A stretch of DNA of 64,000 nucleotides from the NCBI RefSeq assembly GCF_009834535.1, contig NC_045696.1, positions 29,638,001-29,702,000 on the forward strand, read 5' to 3'. Source of the stretch: Camelus ferus. Lineage: Eukaryota. A model generated the notes under the pieces. The model saw only the letters and a list, made by a program, of their open reading frames with translations. It made no database searches and was not told where the DNA came from. Positions 1 to 14,468 of the stretch are shown in pieces. The position numbers and the translations under genes were made by a program. Each line of letters begins with the position of its first letter. Positions within the stretch are counted from its first letter, which is position 1.

Positions 1-1040
1 AATCTTGGGCTTGAAAGAATTTTTTAAAATGAGAAAACACACACACACAAACACAAACCCACAAAACCTTAAGGAAAAGCCAAATAAATTTGACTACTAA
101 GATTATAGACTGATTACAGACTGATCTTCATGCATTTATCAACAGACAGAATGACAAGAAAATCTACCAATTGGGAGAATACATTTTTAATGAATACACC
201 AAGAAACAGCATCCAAAATATATGAAGATCATCTATAAATCAATGAAAAAATAAACCAATAAAAAAATCAACAAGGATATTCAGGGGAGGACACACGAAT
301 TGCCAATAAACACACACAGTGATATTCAAGTTCACTAGTAATTAAGGAAACACAAATTAAAACAACAGGGAGATGTCATTACCCACTCGTTGGATTAGCA
401 AAAATTAAGTTTGAAAATATCAAGTAGTCAGCAAGGATATAAAATAACACGGCAGCTGAAGGTACAAATTGGTAAAATAATAGCAAAGTTGAAGATGTAG
501 TAAGTCCATGACCCAACCATCCTACTCCTAGAAATTCTCACAAATGTGCACAAGAAAACATTCAAAAATGTTCACTGAAGAATTGCCACAATAGTAAAAA
601 ATGGAAGCCATCGAAATTTAAATCAGCCACAAAATGGGTAAAAATCGTGTAATTAAAAAATGGGATGCTATATAATGCTCTAAACTGACTGGATTACAGT
701 GAATATATCTATATCCATCTAATATATGTATCTATCTATCTATCTATCTATCTATATATATATAGCCAAAAGTTTATGTTAAAGGATCTAAAAATATAAT
801 TTATATTGTATTCAAGGAATATGCAAAATAGTATTATATAATATGATACACACATATGTAGTAAAAATATTAAAGAAAATGAGAATGTTAAACATCAAAT
901 TCTATTGTGATTTACACTGGGTAAAGGAAATGGAACACAAGAAGGTTTAATAATATCTGTGATGTTTGCTTTCTTAAGGTTGGTGTTGTACACCAGGCTA
1001 CTTATTACATTTTTCCCTCTTTGTTTATACCTAAACTATT
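1..1040 (+). mobile_element. Ancient L1 (L1M-type) ORF2 3' end and 3' UTR relic
   Basis: GCCAATAAACAC...TTCACTAGTAATTAAGGAAACACAAATTAAAACAACAGGGAGATGTCATT is a decayed version of the ORF2 C-terminal coding region. Confidence 0.75.
729..763. repeat. (TATC)n(TA)n microsatellite
   Basis: Read directly from the sequence. Confidence 0.9.
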
Positions 1041-3295
1041 TTACTGTTTAAAAAAAAAAATTAGGCAGCCCTGTGACACTGTGCACTGTAGGGAGAAGAA
1101 GTTAGATTCTTAATTGAGGAGATAATAGCAACAACAGGAAGCTTAATTTTATGCCATGATTTCCTCTTTTACACACCAACACTTTCTGCCATCAGCTCTA
1201 AGGCTCTTCACTCGCAGCCAGTTTGAACATTGAGGGTAGAGTAGAGGTAAGAAATAACATCTAATAAAGGTCCATCTAAACATTACTCCCCACCATGAAG
1301 ACAATCTGAAAATGTCTAAAGGCAATTTATTTTCAGGAGCCGTTCAATAGGCTCCGTGTCATTATAATCTCCTGCCCCTAAAACCTCAAATACATCTCAC
1401 CTATCTATGGTGTGACATTCCTTCAACAGAGCAAATAATTTAGGGCATAAGTAGAGAGGGAAAAAAAAAAGCTTGAAATATGAATATCTGGGTAGTGTAA
1501 CACTTTATACATTTACTGAATTTCTTTTTAAGCTAATCACTTAAGACAAACTTAAGACAAGCAGCAGATCTTTTCTTGGTTAGTTAGATTTGAAAACAAA
1601 GGGTACAGTTCATTAGTTCATTCATTCATTCATTAAATATGTACTCAGCGCTTAACCTAGGCCCTGCTCAGCACCAAACTCAAAATTAGTGCTCAGAATG
1701 ACAGCTGCATTTCATCCAGAAAAGGTTAAATTGAGTTAACGATACACCAAAATGAGTAGTAAAACATAAAATAAAGGATCCACTAAAAATTCAACTATAA
1801 ATAAGATTTTGTTACTTTGAAAGTGAAACTTCAATGATACAGGAAATTTTCATATGCAAATTTATTTAAAAGCTGTTTTCAGTAATGTAAGAGTAAATGT
1901 GTTCTTGAATATTAGTTTTTTGAATCTCAGTTGCAATAGGTTCTTCAGCTTATAGTCACTTGAGTTTTAAGGTCTATTTAAACAAGTAAAGTTTTAATAT
2001 TTGTATAAGGAAAAATACTTTTAATGAATCACATTTTCCTTTCATAGTGTCTTAGAAATCTAAATCTTCTAACTCATATGTGGATTATTTCTAATCCTGC
2101 GTTGTAAAAAAAAAAAAAGTTTTCTATCATTTTCAGGAGTTTCATTTGATTAGCACAACTCCTCCTCATGGAAACTCTGGTGTTAACTTCCACTACTAGT
2201 ATACCCTCTTGCTGAACTCCAACCTTCAAAGAAAAATTCAGGATATCTTCACATATGCTCTAAAAGAAAATCCATTCTACCCATCATCATAAGTAATGCA
2301 GAACATGCTAAAGATTTCATAAGAGAGAGAGAAGGGAAGGCTTGCAAGGGGCATACATGCATGAAACAACTTCCAAGTTTTGCAATAGGCAGTTGTCTTC
2401 CCACATGGGACCCTCTTCAGCCACACCACCACCAGTCTCTCATCTCCTTAATTCCTTTTACAGTCAGTGTTGAGTCCTGAATTTGCCTCACTTTTCTTCC
2501 TTTCTTAAATAGTGTTGCTTCTTTCTATTCAAAAAATGGGTATCAACCAAACTAACCACTTCTACAGGACTGTAAGCATATGAAAGATTTTCTCCAACAA
2601 ATCCAGTTTATCCCTAAAATGGTCTTCCAGAAGTAGCTAATAAGATGAGCTTTTCTCCATAGGATGCAGATACATAAGGTCCAGGAACAGAATAGTTAGA
2701 AGAATCATTGGATTTGGGGCTGTTCTTATAAACTTAACAGTAAACCCTCAGTTAAGAAAGAAGGAACTGCCATTAAGATTTATCTAGGCATGACTGTGCA
2801 AACTAATTGTGGAAGTACACAATTAAAGAGATGAAAATAAAAATTAAGCATTCAATGATTGGCATAAAAATATTAAATAAAATTGTGGGATTTTTGGTCT
2901 TCAAATGAAATTTGTTTAGAAAAACACAGAAGGCAAACTAATAAGAGTTGAAAGATACATTTTGAGGAAATTTGTCTTGAGAAACACCATGACACTTTAT
3001 TCCTGAAAATAATTGAGAGTAAAATAATAATAATGATAAATGGTTCTCAGGTATATTAAAATATATCTAGAGAGAATACTTTTAGAACCAGATTACTCAT
3101 ACATTTTCATTTTAATCTTCTATGACTTTATATCCTGAGTCCACAAGACAGAATTAACTGTAATTAAGTACTTAATACAAATAGTTTGTATCTCTATGTA
3201 GGCCTCAGGACAGAACCAAAATATCCCATCACCATGCATCACAATTATTTGCTTCTCTATTAAGCACAGAACTACACGTGGAGAGTTCTGCAGTT

Positions 3296-3490
3296 CAGTG
3301 GGTCTCAAGCTTTAGTTCACATCAGAATCACTTGTTAAAACAGACTGGGATTATTAAAACAGATTGCTGTGCCCTACCCTCAGAGTTATTTAATTCAGAT
3401 CTCTGAAGTGTGGCTTAAGAATCTGCATGTCTAACAAGTTCATAGGTGATGTTGACACTGCGGGCCTAGGGACCACACTTGAGAATCAAC
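3296..3490. mobile_element. hAT-Charlie MITE (MER5A-like)
   Basis: CAGTGGGTCTCAAGCTT...CACATCAGAATCAC...AATCTGCATGTCTAACAAGTTC...GGGACCACACTTGAGAA. Confidence 0.85.
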
Positions 3491-4009
3491 CTCCTGGTTC
3501 AATTGCTGAGTTAGGTGGTCTCTGCTCAGAGCTTTCTGAGTGATTTTCTAGATTAAATTAGATTTATAGATTACCAAATAAGTTCTAAATCAATAGGTCA
3601 AGGAAATTCTGAAATAGAAATTCTCATTAATAATCCTTCAAGGCAAATATGACTCACATGAAATTTAGGATTTCGAATTTGAGATTGACAAGGGTTGTAA
3701 GGCCCAGAAGGATGACCAGTAAGATGAATATTACAGAACAGAGCTGAGATATTAAGGGATGTGAATGTATTAGTGTGAAGGAACAAAAATTTACAATTGA
3801 ACATGAAAAGATAACATATTAAGGCCATTACCCAATATATTGCTTAAGTGTCTACAGATAATGCTTTCTATAATATTCTCACCAAGATATTGCATGCCTA
3901 AAATGTATAGGCTACTTGGATCACAAAATGAATAAAAATTTGAAGCCTTCTACCTAGAAAAGTAACATCAAAGTTTTTAAACATTAATATATTAACTCAT
4001 CTTCCTTTC

Positions 4010-4468
4010 TAAGACAGGGACCTGGGGCCTGGGACCTTAGGCTACAGTGCTTGCACCAGGGACTGAACAACAGACTACAAAGAAACTATAAGGAACTAAA
4101 AATAACTGCATGCATGCACAGTTGGGAATGGGTTATGAACAACCAGATACAGAAAGACCAAAAACCCAACTGCCACTTCTGAGGTGTCAGGAACAAAAGC
4201 AGAGTACTGCACATGATCCCTGCACACAGCACCACCAAGGGGTTGGGCAGATCACCTAAATCATCCCTCCAGTCCAAGCCCTGGACCTGCCCCTACTCTC
4301 ACCCCATTTAAGGGACAAACTCATGCCCCATCAGGGAGCAAGCAAGGGAACCTGTTGTTTTCACTCCCTCGTGTTGCAGCACAAGTCCCAACAAAGCCTT
4401 GCCTGAATTTCTCATCTGGCCTCATCATTTCTACTGCTTAAGGAGGCCAAGAACCCCGGTCAGTAACG
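4010..4468 (+). mobile_element. Solo LTR, ERV1-type (459 bp)
   Basis: GC-elevated block flanked by a 4-bp direct repeat TTTC (4006-4009 / 4469-4472). Termini are TA...CG (decayed TG...CA). It has a TATA-like ATTTAAGG, a poly-A-signal-like AACAAAGCC and a U5-like end AAGAACCCCGGTCAGTAAC. Confidence 0.8.
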
Positions 4469-6113
4469 TTTCTGTCTCATTTCTTGCCAGAAACTAGGCA
4501 TTGCTAGGTTAAGGGTTAGGTACCCCCAAAGCAATGTGCGCTTATTATTCTAGTTTTGGTATTATAAGAATAGGTTTCTTGCTGCATAAATTATTTTATT
4601 AAAATATTTTCTAAGAGTTTTGATGATTATCAATTTTGGATAACCTGACACATTTTAAAAGCAAACATTTTAATAGGTATTTTATTACTAACAGGCTGAA
4701 ATTCATCATCATATTTGATAATGCAAAAGATTCTATTTGTCCATAGACTCAACACTAGCAGACAGAATTTAAATCGAGATATGGAAAAGAAACGATGTGT
4801 GATGCACAGTTTAATATGAACTGCAAACACATTCGGCGCAGGCGATCAAACATTAACTAAGGTCACTGCATCGGGCGCACAGACTCTGTATTTATCTCAA
4901 ACCCAACAACCTTTCTTTTTCTAATGTAATAATCCTCACGTAAAATTCTTAAATGTCAGCCTCCTTCAAATATTCCCAAACTCTTTAACTCACAGTAAAG
5001 TATTTCTCTTCATCAGCACTTAGCCACCTCATTTCTGCAGAGTTTTGGAGTTTAATATATATTTTCCTTATGCCTGTTTGAAACAGCGCCAAATACACAG
5101 AGCCTTCCACCTTTGATGCAGGTGCCAATATGCTGAAGACCGTGGTCCATACTTGGGCCAACCTCTACTATAAGCAGGCCTCACTCTGCAGTAAGGTAAA
5201 GTCCCTGGTGAACGTAGCAGGGCTCATAACAGATCTAATATAAGGCCAGTACTGGCCCATACGGCAGATGTCAGTCACTTCACATCTGAATGGGTATCCC
5301 TCACGCCATCAGTTGTTAAATATTTGGAATATCACCACCTTAGAGCAAGAAAACACCCTTCCTCATCATACCGTGTTGCTTAATTGTTTCAAGCTTCATA
5401 TTACACAGAATTTAGGTAGATTTATAATGCAAAGTTAGCTTGTCATGAAGGAAGTCCTGGGACTACTTGCATGTCAAGAAAGCATCCAGTCTGTTCCCAA
5501 GAAATCCTAAAATCCAGAGCTGGAACTTCCTATGGCATTGCCCTTACCCAGGATTACAGGAGGACCAGATAATTTTTGGAGGTAGAGAACAACTGTGCTG
5601 ACATATAACCCTGTGTTTTTTGATCTCCACTTTTCCCAGTCCAGAGAATTCTTCTCCTCAGTTGGGTACCTGAGAATCACCAAATTTCTGCTGGCAGCTA
5701 ATATCCTGGAAATAATCTTAAAACCTCCATTGTTACTTCTTAGGGGAAACTGCTCTCAACACACATTAGTTTATGGAAGCTATGGTTTTCAAGAATAAAA
5801 TCTAGAGTATGTCAGAATGCCACTAATTTCAGAACCAATGGGATGCTAATATCTATTTTAAAAAACAATAGTGCCGGTCCTATAACATGCAGCTTTCTGG
5901 AAATCAGGGAACAAATTAAGTAATCTAGAGCTTCACTTAGTAAACGAATGTTCTTAAAAGTATACATAGAAGAAGCAGTCTCCGTGATCAAAAAAAAAAA
6001 AAAAAAGTGTGGTAAAAGTGACTTTAAATAGAATTAACCATGTTTCTTTACTATAGAAATAGTATTTATACTATGATACTTTTATGAAAGGAAGGGGGTA
6101 ATAAATGAATATA

Positions 6114-6462
6114 CAGTCAGCCCTCCTTATCAAAGAGTTCCACAGCCACAGATTCAAACAAACACAGATAGAAAATATTAGAAAAATTCCAGAAAGTTCC
6201 CAAAAGCAAAACTCGACTTTACTATGCACTGCCAAATATTTACATAGTATTTACATTGTATTTACAACTATTTACATGGCATTTACATGGTATTAGGTAT
6301 TGTAAGTAGTCTAGAGATGATTTAAAAAATACAGGAGGATGTGAATAGCTTATATGCAAACACTATGCCATTTTATATAAGGGACTTGAGCAGTCTCAGA
6401 TTTTGGTATTTGTAGGTAGGGGAGGTCCCAGAACCAATCCACCAAAGACTGAAGGATGACTG
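6114..6462. mobile_element. TcMar-Tigger non-autonomous DNA transposon (MER2-like)
   Basis: TIRs CAGTCAGCCCTC / GAAGGATGACTG with TA on both sides; internal GTATTAGGTATTGTAAGTAGTCTAGAGATGATTTAA is typical of this group. Confidence 0.88.
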
Positions 6463-6689
6463 TATGTAGTCACTTATGATTTCAAAAAGCATGAAAATAT
6501 AGCCCAAAAAATGAGTAGAAATGATTATGTATGGGGAGGGAAAATACAGATTTGTTTTCTAGAATTGCACCTTGTTATATTTTGACTACAGGACTGGGTA
6601 AAAAATTCATAAACTAGAAAATTTAATAAGTCAAAGGTGGGTAAAATATAAGGGAAAGAAGTATCTTAAAATGGAAACAAATTGAACCT

Positions 6690-7000
6690 ATGTGATAGTA
6701 TTTGGAGGTAGGGCCTTTGTGAGGTAATTAGGTTATGAAGATAGAGTCCTCATGAAAGGGGTTAGTGCCTTTATGAAAGAAATCTCAGGGAGATCCCTCC
6801 TCCCTTCCACCATGTGAAGATTTCACAAAGAAAGGACAGCACTCTATGAACCAGGAAGAAAACCTTCACCAGACACTGAATCTGTCAGCACCTTGATCTT
6901 GGACTTCCCAGCTTCCAGAAATGGGAGATATAAATTTATTTTCTTTATAAGCTACCTAGTCTGTACAAATTTGTTACACGAGCCCAAACAGACTAAGACA
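6690..7000 (+). mobile_element. MaLR LTR (MLT1A-like), 5'-truncated
   Basis: TGTGATAGTATTTGGAGGTAGGGCCTTTG...CTTGATCTTGGACTTCCCAGCTTCCAGAA...AAACAGACTAAGACA. Confidence 0.85.
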
Positions 7001-8789
7001 AAGCTCATCTCTATTTTTACATAAATTAGGAAATTTCCATAATAAAAATTTAAAAACTAATGTTATGAGGTCTCTGTGAACAAATACTTGTTCAAATCTC
7101 TAGCCTTGTTATCAATTATAAAACGTGATCTTCAGCCAAAGGGTATAAGTTTTTAATTTATTTACTGGTTCTAAACACAGATTAACAAATGACTTTCTGG
7201 ATAGGCAGTTCCAGTTCATACTTCCATCAGAAGCACAAGAGAATAGTCAACTATCCATATCCTCATCAACACCAGGGATTATCATTTTAATAACAAGGCA
7301 TGCCTGCTTTGCTCAACCAGGGTTCACTTGGAGAATTAAGCCCTAATGCCCTACAGATCCACTGCATGCAATAAATTAACTTCCCTTCAATGCATCTTAG
7401 AATAGTACTTGTTATGTACGACACTTGGAAGAATTTAGAAAATAGGCATTTAAATCATTTTCTATGTTCTGTGGATCAGACTCGGAACCAGCATCTTGCC
7501 TCTCCTTACTGTCCTAGCTGCAACAGTGTTTTCTGATACACATACATTCTGATACACAGTGTGCTCATTTCTTTTCAAAACAGATTATAATAATAACTTT
7601 TTACATTTCTTTAATCCTATTTTGACATGGGAGAAATGGAATGGTGGGTATTATATTTTCTTTTAAACTTTTCTCATTTAGTTCTAGTTTTACTGACGTG
7701 AATTTAACAATGTGGTGTCCTTTGTGGTCTAATACAGTGGCAATCAATCCAGTTTTTTATTTACCAATCTATTTTTAGCAGTATAAACCATTCAACTATC
7801 TCAAAATAGAGTTTATGAAGAACTCTATCATAGAAAGTATACAAAACATGTAAAAGCAAAGCTGCTTCGCTTGAAGTGCCCCTACCTAGCTGGGCCCCCT
7901 CCTCACATCTTTTTTTCCCTCTCACAGCCTATTACTCAGAACTCAGTTCTAAAAAGTGCTCCAGTGCATGATCTATCTTTGTAAGACTTCCACAGGTCTT
8001 TAAAATATGTCATTTCATTTTTTTTTCAAATTCTCCACTTAATTTTACTTTATTTGATCCATTACAAGTTAAGATTATGTTAAGTTCTATCACAACAATT
8101 GGGTCTGAAAATTAAATTAATTTCTAACAATTCTTGCCATCTATACTTGACCAAAAGTAAATGTCATTTGGGACCAAAAGATAATGGCATTTATCATTGC
8201 TGTGACTTACACTGTTGATCTCTACTCCATATTACCTGGGTTTATTTTTGGTCTGAATATGACTCCTTTTATTTCATAATCTTTCAGTGATAGTAAAGCA
8301 GAGGGAAACTAATGGTTATGGTTGAGAAGAGGTGAATTATTTGCTTATAAAGAAGAACACAGAATAGGACAAAATAGGAAGGAGAAAGAATGGGAGAGAA
8401 GTACCAACACAATATGGTCAATCACCAGAGGAAGGCATCCCATGTGCCAAGAGGGGTCCTCAGTTATGTTTTAACCACCTGTACACTGAACTGTATCCCT
8501 CTATGTCAGCAAACATGTAGAGCTTAGTAGGAGGGCTCTCTTAAAGCACACACTCCACACATCCTTGAAGTCACAAATTTGGTTTGACTTCAGGAGTTCT
8601 TCTCTACCCTAAAACACAAGATGTTCATCTTAAGATGTTCCACCTGAACCTGCCCTGCTGTGAGGGCATGGGAGGGGCCTACAGTAATCAGGAGAGCGAT
8701 TATCTAGGTCTCCCTGCTAGCCCTTTAGCCACTTCTGAGACTATCCCAATGAAACTGAAATAAGATTTTCTAACACGGCGGCTAGCAAT

Positions 8790-10120
8790 GTAACAGAAAG
8801 AATCCCCTGTGTTGATGGTCAACTGATTTTCAATAAGGGTGACCAAGACCATTCAATGAGTAAAAAAGAGTCTTTTCAATAAATAGTGCTAGGACAACTA
8901 GACCTCTGCACACAAAAAGATATATTTGGACTCCCATATTAAAACATATACAAAACTAACTCAAAATGGATTAAAGACTTAAATGTAAGAGCTAAAACTA
9001 TAAAACTCTTAAAGAAAACGCAAGGGTAAATCTGTTGACCTCAGTTCTTAAATATGGCACCACAAGTACAAGTAACAAAAGAAAAAACTGATACACTGGA
9101 CTTCTTCAAAACTAAAAATTGTATGTGCCAAAGGACACTATCAAGGAAGTGAAAAAACAATTCATAGAATTGGAGAAAATATTTGCCACTCATATCTGGT
9201 AAGGGACTTAAGTTTAGAAAATACAAAGAACAACTCAATGGTTAAAAAGAAAAACCCAATTTTTAAAATAAGCAAAGGATCTGAATAAACATTTCTACAA
9301 GGAAGATGCAGAAATGGCCAATAAGGACATTAAAAGATGTTCAGCCTCATTAGTCATTAGAAAAATGCAAATCAAAACCACAATGAGATATCACTTCATT
9401 CACACTAGAATGGCAATAGCCAAAAAAAAAAAGGGGGGGGGTAATTATCAGTGAGGATGTGGAGAATTTAGAAACCTCATTCACTGCTGGTAGGAATGTA
9501 AAACAGTGCAGCCACCTTGGAAAACAGTCTCGATGTTCCTCAAAATGCTAGAGTTACCATTTGACCCAGCAATCCCACTTCTAGTTACACTCAAGAGAAA
9601 TGAACATATGTCCATACAAAAACTTATATATGAATGTTATAGCAGCATTACTCAAAATAGTCAAAAGGTTAAAACAACACAAACATCCATCAACAAATAA
9701 ATGGATAAATTAAATACTGCATATCCATACAATGGATTATTTGACCAAAAAAAGGAATGAAGTACTGACATACGCTGTAACATGGAAGCCTGAAAACATT
9801 ATGCTAAGTGAAAAAAGCCAGTCACAAAAGACGACGTATTATATGATTCCATTTATATGAAAAATCCAGGACAAGAAAATTTATATAGACAGTAGGTAAG
9901 TAAGTGGTTGCCTAGGGCTAGGGGACAGATGGGAAAATTGTGGGATGATAGCTGAAGAATATAGGGTTTCTTATGGGGTGATGAAAATGTTCTATAATTT
10001 ACTGTAGTTATGGTTGTACAACTCTGTTGTAACATGCTAAAAACCATGAAATTGTACATGTTAAATAGGTTAGTTGTATGGTATGTGAAATTGTATTTCA
10101 ATAAAGCTATTAAAAATTAA
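8790..10120 (+). mobile_element. Ancient L1 (L1MA/MB-type) 3' 1.3 kb
   Basis: Homologous to the ORF2 C-terminus (ORF-track peptide QPPWKTV..ELPFDPAIPLL), followed by a 3' UTR ending TTTCAATAAAGCTATTAAAA. Confidence 0.9.
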
Positions 10121-13100
10121 AATATTTTAAAGGTCAGATAGCTTTTATCTGTTCATTTCTACTGAGCTTTTGCCCAAGACTAAAATCCTCTATCAGAGGA
10201 TATCATAAAGGAAAAGACCACAAAGAGACATACATAAAAATTTAATACTGAGAAGATAGCTTGGTCAATAAGTAGACTAAACAGTTTGGTTGGATATTTG
10301 AAGACTTCTTTAAAGAGAAAATAATTAATTGTTTCAAAGCTTTCAAAAAGCAGAACAATTTGACCATATAGAAACTGGGGGAGGGGGATGGAAATAGGCT
10401 TTTAGAAGCAAAGAAAGATGTGTTTCTTCTCCTTCTGGAATCCAGATTAGTAGATTTATGAGTGAGTACCACCAACCAAGCTGCTGCTGCTGATGTCAGA
10501 ATTAACCTTGGACTCTGGGAGAGTCCTATAAGGAAAAGAAATCTAAGAACTGTCACACAATCCACTCCCTTAAGGAGAGAAAAAGGTTTGAGCAGAGTCT
10601 GTCTCAAAACTAATGATATAGGAAGAAGAGTTTTATGATGATAGAAGAAATAACAAAAGTCATTACAATAACAAAAAACAGGGTGACTTGGTGACATTAA
10701 TGGCAACAGCAGTAGTTATGGATTGTCCTGAGTGCTTGATGTTCAATATCGAACTCAATTATCTCAAAGGCCCTATAAAGTAGTACAAATTTCATTTGAT
10801 GGGTGAGGCAGCAAGCCCAAACAAGGAGAGCAATAAAGTCAATATCCCACAGCTATTAAGTGACCCAACCAGGATCTGAATCTGAACCCATGTTAGTCTG
10901 ACTCTTGCTTCCATGTGTGTGTGTGTGCACGCGCGCGCTTACCCTTCAGGACACACAGAAACAACCTAGACCCACGCTAACATCTCTCTACGTTAGAAAT
11001 GCACAGAACATAAATCAAGCTCTTAACTAAATTTTATGTTTACAGTATCAATTACAGCTATTCTTCTATAATCATATGCTTTAGAAAACAAATTTTGCAT
11101 GTGGATTTTTTTTTTTTAACAGAAAAGCTCAAAAGTATGTATTTGCAGGCCTTGGAAGTGTTAGACAGCTCTGTGGCAGTTATACCAGAACAAGAGCTAC
11201 ATTAAGTCAGCCAACCATAAGGCACCCACAGTGCCCACCAGACAAGCCACCATTTCCAGCCACGCAAGGGTACTCAGGCTGCTCCCTGGCCCCTCCATTT
11301 TAACTGGCCACAAGTGTTTTGTTAGTGTTTGCAATACGCCCAGCATTTATGGGTATAACCACTTATGGAGGGTAATCACAAAGTTAAGGTGAGTGACAGC
11401 AAGACAGACAGAGAGAGAAAGAGAAAGTCTGGGTTGGGGGAGAGGTGGAGGAGCAGAAGGGTAGGAGAACAGGGAGGAAGGGGAGAACAGAGCCATCAGG
11501 CAAGACCTCCCTCAGCTTTATGCTTTCAAACCTACAAACTGATACCTGCAGTTGGCTTTATCTCCTTCTCTTTAGTCTATGAGGAAGAGTTTTTTTGTCT
11601 TTGTTTTCCTCTTGTTCAAGGCTAATTCCTTGATTCCATTCTTTCCTTTTGTCTGTTCTCAATTATTTTCTCACATTCTCCTTCCTCAGGCTCTTTATTC
11701 AGCATTCACATATGATGAATGGATGCATGTGCTAATTCTGAAATAACATCAATGACAATGAAGAAAACCTCTCTCTTGGTCCAAGCCAACCTCTAGTTCT
11801 CCTGCCATCAACAGCCTGATTTTTTTGACTACTAACTCTACTTCCTCAAAGCTCTTTATCCTCTAAAATGATTCTGAAATACTCTGGCAAAAGTCACCAG
11901 AAATCTCCAACTTTCCAATCCCAACCGTTCTTTTCGACTTCAATTTACGTGAGCTTTCAATGGCATCTGAAACTCCCAGTCACTGCACCTTGGGCATCAG
12001 TGATACCCATCTCAGCTGGTTCCCTTAAACCAGTGAAAATGGGAAGAAAAAGAGAGCACTTGTATGCTATTTCAGAGTTAAAACTGGTAAGAAGCAAGGT
12101 TTGGTTATTAAGGGTGACAGACTGGTAATTTCTTGCTTGGGTGGTTACTGAAACAGGATAGGGAATACAGAAGTAGGAGAGAAGAGAACTTAAAGGAACT
12201 GTAAATGGTCAACCCCATTTATTATAACATAAGGTTAAGTAAGGAAAAGATGCCTAAATTGAGCAGAGGGGGCATTTAATGGGAGAACACATGTGCAAGA
12301 GGGTACTATTATTTCTCTACCATATTTTTTCCTTACCACAAAAGTGTATCCCATGTTGAATAAAAAACAAAAAAACATCATTTAAAAAAGGCACCAAAGC
12401 ACTCATAAACCCAACCTCCCCTACACTAATACATTAATATAAAATTTTCTCATTTTTTACTATATAGGTATTTACATGCACAGACATGTGTTTCCATAAT
12501 ATACAGTATATATAAAACCATGTATACACACAAATTTTTAAACTTACAGTTTTATAACCTCTTCTACATACTACACGGTCAGCACTATCCCTGTCGGTAC
12601 ATATTCACTTACGATGGTTGCTCCCCAACATGGCTGCTTTTAAAAGTTAGAAATCAATAGACTCCACCCTAGATCCTTGAATCAGATCCAGGAGCGGATC
12701 TGTGCTTTCATAAAGCTCCCTAATTTTGTGCTATGCACTCATAGTTCTGGTAACCAATAATCTACAAAATCATTCCACAAATCTGACAGAGAATTAAAGG
12801 GAGGATTTCCTTTTTTTTTTTTTTTTTTTAGTTTTCCAATTTATTTAAGGAAGGGAAGGGGTGAGTAACTTATATGCAGAGAAAAAAGGAAGTAGCAGAG
12901 GGAAAGGCTGACGGGAGAAAGAAGAGGTAAATAGATTTACCATTTTAAGGGAAAAAATAGAAAAGAATTCAATGTATGGATTCATGACATCAATTTCTTC
13001 TACTAACTTCTGAAAGCACGTGGGAAGGATGAATATAGACACAGAAATCTTTTTAGGGAAATGGTTTGGAAGTTCCTTTCTGCTGTCTTCTGTTTTCTCT

Positions 13101-14468
13101 GAAAAGTAAGAGCAAGTACTGTAGTAATGGAGAATAAGGAGGCAGTGAAATAAGGGATTCTGCAAGGAGTGGTAAAGCTGAGGTAGCTACTGTGGAAGAT
13201 GTAAGGAAGGGTTCACAGCGATGTGCAAATGATTTCTGTAGAGTGTTAATGGCCATGAACCCATAGGAAGCAGCAGTTCACATGGCTGTGTGATCTTCCT
13301 CGGTGGCTGGAAGCTGTGCAGGCGCAGAGAAATTAAACAATTTGTGTGAGCAACACTGCAGATTTACAGGGCGAGTGTGGCAGAAGACCAAGGTTCAAAG
13401 GAGATGAAACATTCAGGAAGAGAGTGGTAGGAGAGCTTAGAGCAAGGGGTCTAGAACAGACATCAAAGAGATACAGACATATCAGAAAGCATCATGGATG
13501 TAGATGTTACAAGCAGTCTGGTATAACTGGCATCATGGAGTTTAGAACAGGTAAATGCTGATGCAGCAATAAATTTTGATAATGCTTTGCAACAATTTCC
13601 ATGTCCCTTATCAGCAGCCTCTTCCCCAACCAAAAAAAAAAAATCTTGATTGCTGTCCTATAACCTTCTCTAAGTATATCAGGACCTCTAAAGAACAGAG
13701 CCACCCTAGCAGATTCATAAACACATCAGTGAGAAATAAATGCTTACTGTTGTTACACACTGAGCTGGGGACAGTGCATTACACAGCATTACTGTGGCTA
13801 CGGCTGACTTGTGTGTCAAGTAAGAATGAGCACTACCCTTTGAACATCCCACAAATAGCCTAAACCTGTATCTACTATTACCTGAACCTATTATTATAAG
13901 CCTGTATCACTTACTACATGTGTCTATATTGATTTCCTTGTTTTTGACTATGAGCTATCTTATGGTAGGGATCAAGTTTTCTCCATCTTTGTATGCCAAA
14001 ACCTAGTACAGGACTCCCATACAGCAAGTACTCAGCAAGATTTTACTGGAAGAATAAATTTTCAACTTTTCATGCCAAATCAAGATGAGATCATAAGGTA
14101 ACTTGGCAACTGGAAATTTAGCACAGAACAAAATTAACCCAAAAAATCATTTCTTTTTGGTTCTACAAGGGAACGTAAATAGTATTCTTTAATAAGATTT
14201 CATTATACACTAAGATTATAAAAAATTATCTCTACATTTAGCAAATAATATAAATGATTTAAAAACACAACAATCTAGGTAATTTCTTTTTATTATTCTT
14301 TCCAATTAATATGGGTCACTAACTTTTGCTTAAAAGAAAAATTATAGTAATTAAAAGAAACATGAATGTATTTACTTCTATTTTAAGACAGATCTTAATT
14401 TCCTCTATGTGCTAAACTCCAAAAATGTTACATATAACTTATATAATATATAAATATATTTCAGAATG

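Noticed and set aside
10242..10706. 154-aa minus-strand ORF
   Set aside because: Non-ATG start, biased composition, no recognisable domain and no supporting splice structure.
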